DNA of 63,771 nucleotides, the filler included, from Octopus bimaculoides (Eukaryota): the NCBI RefSeq assembly GCF_001194135.2. It is 6 parts of 6 records of this genome, joined end to end, with 100 filler letters (N's around TTAATTAATTAA, not from the genome) between each part and the next. Parts side by side here need not be neighbours in the genome. Positions count along the whole stretch, not along the records: positions 1 to 29,489 come from NC_068983.1; 5 more parts are not named here. One strand, written 5' to 3'. Positions 1 to 12,380 of the stretch are shown one piece after another. A model generated the notes under the pieces. That model saw only the letters and a program-made list of their open reading frames with translations, had not been told where the DNA came from and made no database searches. Both the position numbers and the translations under genes were made by a program. Positions within the stretch are counted from its first letter, which is position 1, and each line of letters starts with the position of its first letter.

Positions 1-305
1 ACATTTTGCTTGGCTCGAGCAGTTCGCGCCCCTGTTCGTCCACCAGAGACCGAATGGTGGCTTTGTTGCCCTGTTGCGCCTCCGCCACCCGGGCCTCTCG
101 CGCGGCTCCAACACCTTCGTTTATTAGAGCACGCATCCTAGCCCTGACAACGCACCCTTCGTGTTTGGCGTTGAAGTGTTGGTCTAGGGCCAACCTCGCC
201 GCCAAAACGTCGGATGCGATGCCACTTCTAATTGCCTCTTCTAGCTTCTTAACTAGCTCACCCTCTACTCTGTTTCTGTCTATGGCTAGTGCTTTGCTAT
301 ACCTA
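1..305 (-). mobile_element. Tx1/L1-type LINE ORF2 fragment (endonuclease-RT linker region), continues off the window start
   Basis: Open minus frame YSKALAIDRNRVEGELVKKLEEAIRSG...HEGCVVRARMRALINEGVGAAREARVAEAQQGNKATIRSLVDEQGRELLEPSKM matches the L1/Tx1 linker pattern (RAR...EG...I.SL.D..G); GC-rich relative to flank; ends at a (GATA)n tract. Confidence 0.7.
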
Positions 306-1066
306 ATCGCAGATAGATAGATAGATAGATAGATAGATGATAGATAGATAGATAGATATACAGGCAGACACGTACACGTATATGTATGTGTTTTGATGTT
401 ATGTTGTCCACTGCGACATGTAAACCCATTTTGCAGTGTTTAGAATGCTATATGAAAGTGCCAGAATATATTAAGTGATAAGAGAGCCTCATTTAAGAAT
501 GCATGTTATATCATATCATATATTATAATTTTATTTCCAATGTGCTTTGTTTGGTTACTAGAAATATAGTGCTTTAGTTATTTATTTTCTTTGATATCAC
601 AAAAATTTATACACATTCGAGCGAACATAGAAAATTCATTTTTTAAATTGGACCTCATCTCAATATTTACATGCTATTATAAATAACTGTATATGTACAC
701 CGAGACCCATTTTCATTCTTTTTATACCTACGCCACTCAGTATGTAGCAACTTATATAAATATCTGACACATTTTAGTTAATCTCTATTGTATGTTTTGC
801 ACTGTATTAGTAAATTTTATATCCTTAGTATAAGGATATCAAATTAAATATAACAAACGCACGTTAACTCTGATTTTATTGTATAATAAGTAATGCCTCG
901 ATACAAGGCAACTTATCATGGTTATAGGAAGAATAGTATAATATCTCACTTAATACCGACATCTATATTCATGGTGTGTATTTCTCTCATGATTAGCGTT
1001 GCTTTACTTCTTGCAAGTCAATAATACTTTAGAGAACAGCATAAATGTCATTACTCACTTTCTTAG

Positions 1067-1081
1067 ATTCCCTGTGGAAAA
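1067..1081 (+). CDS. Candidate 15-nt micro-exon, product unknown
   Basis: ttactcactttcttag|ATTCCCTGTGGAAAA|gtgagt: pyrimidine tract, AG, strong donor. Confidence 0.45.
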
Positions 1082-1227
1082 GTGAGTTGATATAATCAAT
1101 AAGATTCCAGAAACCATGTGAAGTATTTAAAATATTTTGTAATTTCTTTATTAGAAACTATCTGTGTAAATTAAATTCAGTCTTATAATACATAATGAAG
1201 TAGTTTTTTTTTCTTCCCTTCGCGCAG

Positions 1228-1235
1228 TTTGTAAG
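1228..1235 (+). CDS. Candidate 8-nt micro-exon (or 3-nt using the gtaagg donor), product unknown
   Basis: ttttttttcttcccttcgcgcag|TTTGTAAG|gtatgt: very strong acceptor immediately followed by donor; 146-nt intron from the previous candidate. Confidence 0.5.
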
Positions 1236-2050
1236 GTATGTATTCGTCCTTTGAATGTAAATGTAAAGTTCAACATGTTTATACACCGAAAGAAAGTTAT
1301 TGAATCTTTAGAAAGTTACAACCGTAAACAAATATTTAAAGTTAAATTCTTTCTTAAAGAGAAAATCGATAGAAGTTAGAATCTATTATGTCAATATATA
1401 TTTTCTAACAAAAGTGTTATTTTTTTGTTTCTAATTAAAAGTGGATTAAAATATAATACTTTTTCAAAAATCATTTTCGGAGAAAACGAAAAAGTGTGGA
1501 TATAAAGAAATATTGATTATAGGATAGGCACAGGGCCATACATTTTTGTTGGTATGTGTAATCGATTAAATACACTCTGGCATTTGATTGATAATAATGA
1601 TAATAACGTGGAAAGATAAAAGGCATATTTAAAATTATAAAATATACGTTCCTAACGTTTTATTTTAAGATTGTTTGTATCAACTCTAATAACAAATATT
1701 GGTATCTTACGTAGACCACATCAGAAGCAAGTCATTAATATTTACCCCAGAACTTGAGTATTTGTGTATACATTGAGTTGGATGGGTAGTCAATTGGCAT
1801 CTTTGGAATTTGAAATCAAAATGTAAACGGTAATATAATCAAATATGTAAATTAATATATGTGATAAATTTAGGAATTGAACAAGTAAAGGGATACGAAT
1901 ACATTGAGCAATTCATTTTAAGACAGCACTACGTCATTGTTTTACATTTGGTTTAAAGGAAACAGATTATTCCTCTCCACTACTTAGATTAAACTATAAC
2001 TAGTTAGACATCGGATACAGCAATGCTAAATATATGTTTACGCTACCTAG

Positions 2051-2076
2051 AAAATACGCATGCAAACAGGCGTAAA
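2051..2076 (+). CDS. Candidate 26-nt micro-exon
   Basis: gtttacgctacctag|AAAATACGCATGCAAACAGGCGTAAA|gtgaga. Confidence 0.35.
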
Positions 2077-2575
2077 GTGAGATATATGTGAAAATGTATT
2101 TGGTTGATATATTATCATAGAGCTAAAGCATATTTCCACAAGCGAATGGGGATAAAATAATTAGATTTAATAAGCTACTGGTGTCAGTGACAGACAGTAC
2201 CTAGAGATGTTAATATATTATTCAACGAAATTCAATAAGGAGAGAATCATGTCACAGTAATGTAATCAATGCCAGTTAGCTAGAGTACAACAATGTGGAA
2301 ACTTTTCTATTTTATATGAGAATAAAACTTAATTTAAATAAAAGTAAATGTAAAAGTCAGGTTTTATGTTCCATATTTCCCCAAAATATTCTATGTAATA
2401 TATCATTGTCCTAGAAATAATAGTTACCTTTCATTTCCTTCTTAAATACAAAATGAAATGATCTATATTTTAAAAAATGAATATAAACCTAATTGATTAA
2501 AAGAAATAGAAATATATATTCTTGTGCATATGCATACATACATGCACACGAACACACACATACACACATATATAC

Positions 2576-2615
<40 letters not shown>

Positions 2616-2979
2616 AGAGAGAGAGAGAGGGAGAGGTTTATACATGAGTATATGCAAATATATAAGTATTTATGTGTCATCCGTTCTGTGTTGTAGTGTG
2701 TATCGGTATCCGTCCACCCTTAAAAGCTACATATCAGCAAAGGAAAGGCATTTTGTTTCCTGAATCATAGAGAGATTTAGGCGTTTTGCAGCAGAAAATA
2801 TATGAGAAACAAATAGATTGATTACAAGCATACATACACAGATATACACACATCCACATATATGAAATAGCGTGTGCCGTGCAAAATGAGGGCTACAATA
2901 ATTTATGTGAGGAATGCGTTGAGGAAATATTTCTTGTATTGGTCATTACAAAAGGTTTCAGCTGTCGTATGGTACGTCT

Positions 2980-3500
2980 GACTTGTGGGGATTTCATTGC
3001 GTTAACTTTTATCAAAAAGCTTATATCTACATTATAATCTTGCATGGCGTTTAAATGTCTATCATATTTGGCCGATGTCGAGTGTACGACAGAAAATTCT
3101 GGGTTGATGTAAATTGAAGCTTTAGTGAAGTAGTATCAACTTCTCATTTCAAACTGATAACTATTAAAAAGTAGTCTTGGTGTTTTAGGTGGTTACTCTA
3201 GTTATTTAACCTAGCTTTGATGTTGCGCTTTTCCGCTGTAACTTCGACATTTCATTGACCCGTTCCATAATACTGTAATGAGCAACCACTATTTCTAAAT
3301 ATAACTAGCAATTGGGAGCCCGCTTTCAAAGGCATCTGAAGGACGTGTTTTGGGTATAATTTCTGAGGTTGAATTTAAAGTCAAACATATTGATATATAC
3401 ATGGTCCATGTAGTTTGCTCGTAATAATTTCGATTTTATACACCATTGATTTCATGTTGCATAGACACTTTGAAGGGTATATTTGAGTCTTCTTACACGA
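2980..3500 (-). mobile_element. Highly decayed Penelope-like GIY-YIG endonuclease remnant
   Basis: Minus-strand translation contains C..C..KSMVYKIEII...P.IY.., matching the PLE C...VYK...YIG region; multiple stops and frameshifts. Confidence 0.45.
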
Positions 3501-3529
3501 ACAACCTAGTACACAATATTTTGTTAGCT

Positions 3530-3720
3530 TACTGGTTACTCATTATATGCCGTACGCAAGACTGTCGTTTCGATTCCTGGGCCAGACGATGCATTGTGTT
3601 TCTTTGAGTATGAAACTAAATTTCATGTTGGTCTCGTACACTCTGCTGTAAATGAATAATTTTTTGACGGACATACATCCCATTTGGGAGTGTTGTGATT
3701 TTGGTCACTTATATAACCAT
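3530..3720 (+). mobile_element. Decayed tRNA-derived SINE (family 3)
   Basis: gtttcgattcctgggccagacgatgcattgtgtttctttgag...tttcatgttg matches the better-preserved copy at 38690-38945. Confidence 0.6.
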
Positions 3721-3987
3721 GAAATTCGAATATTAGGACCCGAGACACTAATGATTGCTGGTAGAAAATTTTCACATATTACAAATTTTCCCAGAAAAGC
3801 TTATATAAGAAATGCCTAAAATGTTATACTTTAATGTTTACTAAATGCCTATTGTTTTAGAGTGCAGTTTTCTTACAAATTACTTTCGTGGAAACATGTT
3901 AGAAATAATTAACTAATATTAAACATTAGGTCCCTGAGAAAACAGGTTGTCGCGGGAGTGTTTATAAAACCTACTTTCTCGTTGTAG

Positions 3988-3996
3988 CTTGGAAAG
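3988..3996 (+). CDS. Candidate 9-nt micro-exon
   Basis: cctactttctcgttgtag|CTTGGAAAG|gtttgt. Confidence 0.35.
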
Positions 3997-5752
3997 GTTT
4001 GTAATCTTTTCGAAGCATTTGAGAGGTCTGTCTATGTAGGAGTAGGACCTAAACTGGTTTTTAGTAATGGTTATTTGATGTAATTATGATGTCTCATACA
4101 TGAGTGTCTACAATGTAACCGTCCTTTGAATGCGATAATAATAATGTATCGTCCCGATACAACTGATGGTGGAGCTAGTGAACTCACTGATAATACGTTT
4201 AATATAGAAGGATTAAAAGAGTTGCCATACTTTTTTTATCGAGTGTAATTTTAAAATAAATTGTAAATAAATTTGCGTGTGCTCGAATATTATCTGGATT
4301 ATTGACAATGTGATCATTGAAGTCATCACGTTATTAGTTCTTACCTTTAGGGGAAGAATTTTTTTTTTTCGAAGAAACGTTCCATCATCGTTATCTTTAT
4401 GAAATAAATTCGCTTTGTGGCGCTAGTTTCTACAGAATTTTGAAATGTCGTCTTTAATTTCATGATCATTTGATATTAGAAAGGTTGGGGTGAACGTCTT
4501 TGCTAGTAGCTTTCAAAGTTTTAGTTTTAGCAACGCTATTTCTTACCACACATTTCTAACGATATTTTCTTTTAGTCGCTTTTGTTTCCATGGTTCTTCA
4601 AGAATCGGTTTTATTTGTTGTGATCTCAAAGGAACTAATAAAGGTTCAACAGTTCTTATGAGAAAACTAATTCAAAAATCATTGATTAAGAAATGGCAAC
4701 ATAAGTTAGAATAATTGCTTGCCAAAAACCTTTAAAATATTTTCTAGGTGAAATATACAAATGAAAAACTACGCAGATTTCGAGAGTGGAGAATAACCAA
4801 TAACTGGTTCTACCATTACGTCGACAAATTCTAAAAGATACATAATTCCAACACTACATTGTGAATAAACGATTAAAGAAGATCAAATTACAATCTGTCG
4901 GAACAAGATCATAATTTGCTCGTAATCGTAATTGGGTTTCAAATTTTAAGCTAAATATTATTGAAATATTTTTCAAGCTAAAATTAAAAAATACATTAGG
5001 AATTAAATGTACACCATTAAAGATGAATCGATTTTCAAGATGCAAAATAATCAGAGAAATATCTTCTCTCAAAAAAAAACTGTATGAAATACGAAAACAT
5101 ATTTAACAATTTTAGACGACAAAACCAGCACCGTAATGTAAATAGAGCTAGAAAGACTATCAGTTAAAACGAAGGTAATTATGGTACCCGATTTTAACTC
5201 TTTTCAGAGAAGGTGAGATATCCAGTGCAACTAAACAAATTGCAAAAGCTAAAAGTAATAAAAGTATCAAATTTATTGAAACCAACTTTAACAATACAAG
5301 AAATGAATATTTAGAAAAAATTACTAAAATTTACCCCTTCATGTCGGAGATCAAATTATCATGAAATTAAAGGCGACATTTCAGAATTGTGTAGAAAATT
5401 GCCAGTCACAAAGTAATTACATGTAACGATGATAGATGACATGGAAAAAACAAGAGGACTTTTTTGTTTTTACTGAAAGGTGAACAAAACATCGTTACGT
5501 GAGCGCGTTTAGAAAGTTCTGTAGAATACTACACATAAACCAAGAATTTTAATCTTCAGTTCAGTGCTTTAACATGTCGATTGCAATAGAAACAAAGATG
5601 ATGGCTCGTTTATTCTTCTTCTGTGCAAAGAAATCTCATCCATGGAATAAAATATTGGATATAAGCAAGGTTACATTATTAGCAAAGCTTTTACAAAATC
5701 TGTTGTATATCTACTAATAATTGTTAAGAAATGTCTTATTACAGGCGATTAG

Positions 5753-5789
<37 letters not shown>

Positions 5790-5791
<2 letters not shown>

Positions 5792-8230
5792 CCTTGGGGT
5801 TGGTAAGCGTTGAGGATTGGTAACTAGCGATCCTGTTCATGGAGTTGGTGACCTTGATGCAAAGTAGTTGATGGTGCTAAGGCGGGGTACCCGGGTTGTA
5901 TGCAGCCAGCGGCTTGCAATGTGACAGAATGACATACCGCTGGTGACAGTGATAAGACAAATCGTATTCCTTGTTGATGGATACTGCGAATTGTTGGAAG
6001 ATATGCAGATTTTTGAGAAGGCAGCGATAGTAGTTATTGCCTAATGATGCCATCGGATGGTGTAAGAGTGGTTTTGTATACTACAGCTCTAAGGGTGGTT
6101 TTGTATACGACGGCCCTTGAGAGGCAGGATCCTTCTAGAGGGCTCATGGTGGGATTTCAGTAGTTGCAGGTTGGGGCTGTGCGGGTACATTTTTACATTT
6201 GTTGATGAGTGCGATGCTGGATCTGATGTTGTCTAAGTAGAAGTAGCTCACCTTCACATCATGGGGTTTGAAGTGTTTGTGATACTTATGGCTTCCGGGA
6301 AAGTGTTCCTTAATTTAAGACAGAAAGCCACTAGGTACGTTAGTGGTAACTTCTAGTTTGAAAGGAATCTTATACCATACAGTTTTCCTTTTCTTTATCC
6401 TTTTGGGGTAAGGAAAGGATGTTTGGGGTTGTCCACGTAAGTGAGCTTCCCCGTAAACCCACTCCAAGCCATAGCATCGTTGTAGTGGGGGATAGTCCTG
6501 TTAAAGATCTCTCTATTGGCCGAGAAATTAGACAGTCGTTTGCTAATGGCTGGAAGCAGGTTTCTAATTACAGTATGAGCTCTTGTGTATGTATATTGTT
6601 TCCTCGTTAAGCTTCCTGTACGGATAATACTTGCCCGTATATAGATTTAAGGTTAATTCCAAGAAATCGACCGTAGTCAGGTCGATGGTAACCGGTATGG
6701 ACGGCCGAACTCCTTAAATAGTTCTATCACATCCTTTCTGAACCTGTCCATGGCGTGGCCGTTCATATGGTTTGAGATAGTCAGGCTGATGTCCCTATAA
6801 AGGCCCACCTATGTGCGTGGGTACGTCTCTTGATGGTATCCAAGATGTATAACTCTACGAGGTCAGCAATTTCAGCCCCATCAGAACACCCCATAGGGAC
6901 ATCGAACACTGGATCGTCTGCTTTCTTCAACCAGACGGAATTGTCGGGGAACAGAATTGACGTTCTGGCATTCATAATAATACTGATATCAAGATCACTT
7001 ATGCTAGTAAAAGTTAGTGCCTTCAAGGAGGGACATAGATATGGAAGAGGTAGAAATCGAATATGTCGAAGTGGGTGAATCTACACGTTGATTTATTCGC
7101 CATAGTGCAGAACTAATCGACTACGGCTGCGTTGGAACTCCATTGAGTCATTCCTGTAGCTCTTCGGATATCGGAGTTGATAGTATCGAGAATACAATTG
7201 CTGATACCTATCTCACTTTTAGAGGGGTTGATCATCCCGCATTTGGGGTTGGAGAGGGAGTTTGACTTATGGGCCTTAAGTGTAATGTGGGGGATGGAGG
7301 CATCGCATGGTGAAGCAGTCCACACGATCCTCTATATTAAGGCAGGGGCTGGCTAGTTCCTACGTGTCTGTGTTTATGTCACTGTCTGTGGAATTACACA
7401 CAGTAATTTTTTGTTTAGGTCATGGCACTTGTAAGAAGTCTTGAGTTTGTGGAAGTGTTTATTTCGTAAATGTTCTTTGTTTTGTCTGCGAGGGTGTGTA
7501 CGTTGTGTGATTGTTTAATGTTTGTCATATAGTCATTTAGGTATTTAAAGAAGGGATTAGAATAATGGCGAAATCTTACCATATTTACAATATTCCATAG
7601 GTCAGACTCGAAGTGGTGGTGATGGTGGGGGACTTTTAGGATTCGAAGCCGAATTTATTTGTAGATGTAGTGGTGGATGGATTCTCGTAGAAGAATGCCT
7701 TCCGGCGCATGCATTTGATGATATTTTCCGGCTTCTAAGTCGCGTCAAGTAGATTTTCCTTGAAGGTATTGGAATATTCCTCAGCGAGAACAATAGTGAT
7801 TGTCTCTCCATTACAAAATGCTGGTCAGACTTTCGCGAATGGCACTCAACAGGGTCTGCAGGAATTGTAAGAGTGAATGGATAAACTAAAGAAGGGCACT
7901 CAGCACGTTTATTGCGAGTTACATGTGTGGATCAAAACAGTTTGATTCAAATTCATTGGAACTCCCAGAGTTTCAAGCGTGATGCTAACCTTCAGCCATT
8001 TTGAATTTGAATGAAAGAAGTTGATTTTTATTCCCGTAAGGTGAGCTGCAACTGGTCGAGAAAGGTCACATGATGTCGGGGTTTGATGTTTGTATAACCA
8101 TATGTCACTGACGATAGTTTCTTTGGAAAACACCGCATGGTGGGCGGGAAAACGACCACGTGGTGGATAGGATATCGACCACGTGATAGACAGAGAATCG
8201 ATGAGCTTGTGAGAGGGGTGATATGCGCAA
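5790..8230 (-). mobile_element. Near full-length but inactivated Penelope-like retroelement (RT + GIY-YIG) with 5' leader
   Basis: Successive minus-frame pieces: FSLRNIPIPSRKIYL (N-terminus, ~7811); ITLKAHK..NPKCGMINPSKSEIG..LDTIN..QW; IIMNARTSILF..WLKK..FDVPMGCSDGAEIADLVELYIL..VGLYRD (RT core); VWYKIPF..TN..HFPGSHKYHK..VKVSY; AVVYKTTL (GIY-YIG). Frameshifts and stops throughout; flanked by (TA)n and (CA)n. Confidence 0.9.
7957..7998 (-). ncRNA. Degenerate type I hammerhead ribozyme in the PLE 5' leader
   Basis: Minus strand TGG-CTGAAGG-T-TAGC-ATCAC-GCTT-GAA-ACTC-TGG-GAGT-T-CCA: stems I (TGG/CCA), II and III (ACTC/GAGT) form; core A9 is G. Confidence 0.55.
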
Positions 8231-8354
8231 GTATATAGTAGCATATGTGGATGCGTGGACACGCTCATATTGGTTTTCCGTGCATGTCTGTATTGATGCG
8301 AGCGTGCGTATCTGTACATGGGCGCGGACCCGGACATATACATACATACACAAA

Positions 8355-8413
<59 letters not shown>

Positions 8414-9257
8414 NNNNNNNNNNNNNNNNNNNNNNNNNNNNNNNNNNNNNNNNNNNNNNNNNNNNNNNNNNNNNNNNNNNNNNNNNNNNNNNNNNNNNNN
8501 NNNNNNNNNNNNNNNNNNNNNNNNNNNNNNNNNNNNNNNNNNNNNNNNNNNNNNNNNNNNNNNNNNNNNNNNNNNNNNNNNNNNNNNNNNNNNNNNNNNN
8601 NNNNNNNNNNNNNNNNNNNNNNNNNNNNNNNNNNNNNNNNNNNNNNNNNNNNNNNNNNNNNNNNNNNNNNNNNNNNNNNNNNNNNNNNNNNNNNNNNNNN
8701 NNNNNNNNNNNNNNNNNNNNNNNNNNNNNNNNNNNNNNNNNNNNNNNNNNNNNNNNNNNNNNNNNNNNNNNNNNNNNNNNNNNNNNNNNNNNNNNNNNNN
8801 NNNNNNNNNNNNNNNNNNNNNNNNNNNNNNNNNNNNNNNNNNNNNNNNNNNNNNNNNNNNNNNNNNNNNNNNNNNNNNNNNNNNNNNNNNNNNNNNNNNN
8901 NNNNNNNNNNNNNNNNNNNNNNNNNNNNNNNNNNNNNNNNNNNNNNNNNNNNNNNNNNNNNNNNNNNNNNNNNNNNNNNNNNNNNNNNNNNNNNNNNNNN
9001 NNNNNNNNNNNNNNNNNNNNNNNNNNNNNNNNNNNNNNNNNNNNNNNNNNNNNNNNNNNNNNNNNNNNNNNNNNNNNNNNNNNNNNNNNNNNNNNNNNNN
9101 NNNNNNNNNNNNNNNNNNNNNNNNNNNNNNNNNNNNNNNNNNNNNNNNNNNNNNNNNNNNNNNNNNNNNNNNNNNNNNNNNNNNNGGTTTCGTAAATATT
9201 TCATTTGCTTTGGGAATATACAAAACTTTTAACGAGTTTTCTTTTTCACATCTTAGA

Positions 9258-9277
9258 CTTATTATAGATAGATGAAT

Positions 9278-9352
<75 letters not shown>

Positions 9353-9415
9353 TCCCGTCGGTTTCGACGTCTGAGTATTTGAAGTGAAAGAAAGAAAGAG
9401 AGAAAGAAAGAAGGA

Positions 9416-9447
<32 letters not shown>

Positions 9448-9451
9448 AGGA

Positions 9452-9498
<47 letters not shown>
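9258..9498 (+). repeat. (GATA)n then (GAAA)n microsatellites
   Basis: Direct inspection. Confidence 0.95.
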
Positions 9499-9859
9499 GA
9501 TCTGCCTCTATTTGCGATGGATGTGTGAATGCAATTTCGGTCTAGGTATGGATTTCCCTATGAAGTCGCAATGGGGAAATTGAGGATTTGGGTTTTACCT
9601 GCGATTGGGCAAATGTGTCACTTGAGTGTAGGACTTAGTTCTTCTGTTGTTCTTTCTCTTCACTTCAAAGTGTTTGGATGTTTTGTGACACATTTTACGC
9701 CATGCAGATCGATCTAGGCAATAACATTCCCATGATGTCAGATATAGCTGTAAAGATTTTAATGATTGCTTCAACTAATCCCTATGCTTAAGGAGATGTC
9801 TTCCTTTGCTGCGATATCCCTTCATTTGTTGGCCAAATAGAAGAATTTTCTGAATGCAG

Positions 9860-10230
9860 GCACTATTCATTGGAAGTATTTAGAAGAACTTCATAACGAA
9901 ATCAATGTTAAAATAGCTAAGATTACAAGTGCTTTCCGAGGACTTGTCCATCTTTTGTTGGATGAGTATGATGTTTGTCTGAAAACTAAAATAAGCATAT
10001 GCATATCTTGTATATTGAGCCCACTTTTATATGGGGCAGAAGCATGGCCTCCTTACTACAGACATGCAAAGATACTTGAAACATTTGTCGCGTGCTGTTT
10101 GCGCAACATATGCAGCATAAAATGACAGGATAAGATATCCAATGCCAAAATCTTAGAAATATATGATATCTCTAGTACCCAAACCATGCTGATGAGAATT
10201 AAGTGCAGATGGATAGAACAGAATATGTAA
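9860..10230 (+). mobile_element. RTE-clade LINE fragment, post-RT region
   Basis: EINVKIAKITSAFRGL..LKTKISI..SPLLYGAEAW..Y.RH.K.LE.F..CLRNICSIK*QDKISNAKILE..LMRIKCRW. Confidence 0.85.
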
Positions 10231-10379
10231 TACATTAAGTAAATGCGCTTTAATTACATTGATTTGCAATTGTAATAATCCATTTAAACTTACAAATTGT
10301 AGAAACGCAAGGCAGGGAGACAGACAGATAGATAGATAGAAAGATATCGATATATAATGCATAATGAGAATTTAGCAAA

Positions 10380-10600
10380 AAACAACAAAAGACGAAGACG
10401 AGGGTGTAAATAACAAATAGATGTATTAGTTTAACGCTCGGGAAGTGAGAAAGTCTTTTACATTTCGAGCCTACGCTCTTCGACAGAAAGGAACACAGAA
10501 ATAAACAGGGAGAGAAAATACAAAAAGATATAGTGGTTAGCGATCTATCATGGCGAATGCCGGACAGAGGGATACAATCATACATACATACACACATACA
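10380..10600 (-). mobile_element. Short non-autonomous repeat carrying a minimal hammerhead-like motif (10455-10490)
   Basis: Minus CTTT-CTGTCGA-A-GAGC-GTAG-GCTC-GAAA-TGT-A-AAAG followed by actttctcacttcccgagcgttaaactaatac; same layout and downstream flank as 29648-29715. Confidence 0.6.
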
Positions 10601-10632
10601 TACATGCATGCATGCATGCATACATACATACA

Positions 10633-10666
<34 letters not shown>

Positions 10667-12250
10667 CACACAGGTGTACACACGCAGATATATATTTATA
10701 TGTAACCCATTTCCATAACGGACAATGTTATATACTTCAGATATTCAGATGATACAATAACAGGAGTTGATACATGGTCTGATATTTCATTTAAGGAAAT
10801 GATTTGAAAAAGACATATCAAGAAGCAGGAAGCATTTAGAGCAAAGCAATTTATTAATATGAATTTCATTCATTGAACTTAAAATGTGAAATTATTCGAA
10901 ATACTGCATAGTAGTCATTATTTTATTTTAATGTTCCGTACTTCCGATAATTATAAACATTTTCAAATTTACCCAAATATAAGGGTGGGGAGTAAAAGAT
11001 TTAATGATTTTGTATACGACGTAGGAAAATGAAACTTGTCTTAGAAATGTGAGAAGGAATCATAGAAGAAAAGAAGGAAGAGGAACGAAATAAATGACAG
11101 CAATTATCGGATGGGTTATACAAATGTGAACTTCGTTTTATTTAATTATATTTTCAGGTAATAAATATTTTTCATTCGGAAAGTAGTATTCATTTTATCA
11201 TTTCGTATAGGCGCCAAGAAATTTAACAAAAGTTAAATTATAATTATAATATGTTATTCTCTATTTTCTAATATTACTCCTTGTCACAAAAGTATACTTC
11301 CAAAGTTAAGGATTGCATGTGTTCATAAGCTTTTCTGTTATATACACAAGGCCTGCAATTTTAAGGAAATGGGGCTAATCCATTATATCGAAGGCAGTGC
11401 TCTACCCGCTACAAATTTCATTGACCCAAAATGATAGAAGGTAAAAATCGACCTCAGCGGTATTTGAACTCATAACGTAAAAATGCTGCTACACATTATG
11501 TCGAACGTGTTAACGATTCTGCTAACTCGCCGCTTTATCATGTTATGATAAGAGCGTGAATTAACGGTAGTGGATTTGTAGATTCGCTCGAGCACCGGAG
11601 GAAATATCTTCTCTTTTGTGTCCTGCTTCTTTACGTTATGAGTTTGCATCCAACCGAGAGCATCCTTGCCTCAAACATCGTGAGTCGATAAAATATGGTA
11701 CCGATAACATCTAATATTCAAGCAGTATCAACGATGATTCGGATAAATAATAAGAACGATAATTTAACATATTTCCTTTTAGAGTAGCAGCACAACCCAT
11801 TGGGTCACGTAATACTAATATATTCAAGCAGCATTGGCGTCTGCAGAAAGATTATTAGTTTTAACAGGTTACAGTTCAACTTCATCATAATGAGGCATAG
11901 TAGACTTTACAAAGTGAGTTTTAGTAATGTCGAAAAGTTTAGGTGGAAAAATCTCGAAACACAACTGAGAACGAATTTCTCTATCAATTCAAACTGTGAC
12001 TATTCTGAAACTCCAAAGTGACAAAGAGATTGTCAGGTTTCAAATGAGCAGTTCTTCAAAGAATCTCGGCAAATTGCATACGGCAGTAATTTAGTTTATT
12101 TTTAATTCTTCATTTGTAAGCAATATTGTCTCTGTGTATTTGTCTAATTTGTAGTCTTTTACAATTCAGGAACATCCTGCCCGACTAATTCTGACCTTCC
12201 TTGAATTTACAATTATTTTGCAATGTTTGGTAAAATAATTTAATGTATAT

Positions 12251-12298
<48 letters not shown>

Positions 12299-12380
12299 CT
12301 GTATGTATGTATGTATGTATGTGTATGCACGTACATAGTATTTATGTATAAATCTACGTACGTGCGTATGTGCGTATGTC

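Noticed and set aside
6-320. 104-aa plus-strand ORF
   Set aside because: Antisense shadow of the Tx1/L1 frame on the minus strand
893-1024. 43-aa ORF with hydrophobic C-terminal half (MPRYK...MVCISLMISVALLLASQ) as signal exon of the micro-exon gene
   Set aside because: It needs a weak GTCAAT donor and a 50-nt intron; AT-rich DNA easily yields hydrophobic ORFs
1523-1760. Further exon-like AG/GT pairs (1523-1551, 1751-1757)
   Set aside because: They overlap decayed SINE sequence (gtaatcgatt.., accccag..)
4780-5500. A-rich segment with protein-like stretches (YHEIKGDISELCRKLP)
   Set aside because: Frequent stops and no recognisable family motif; cannot be supported
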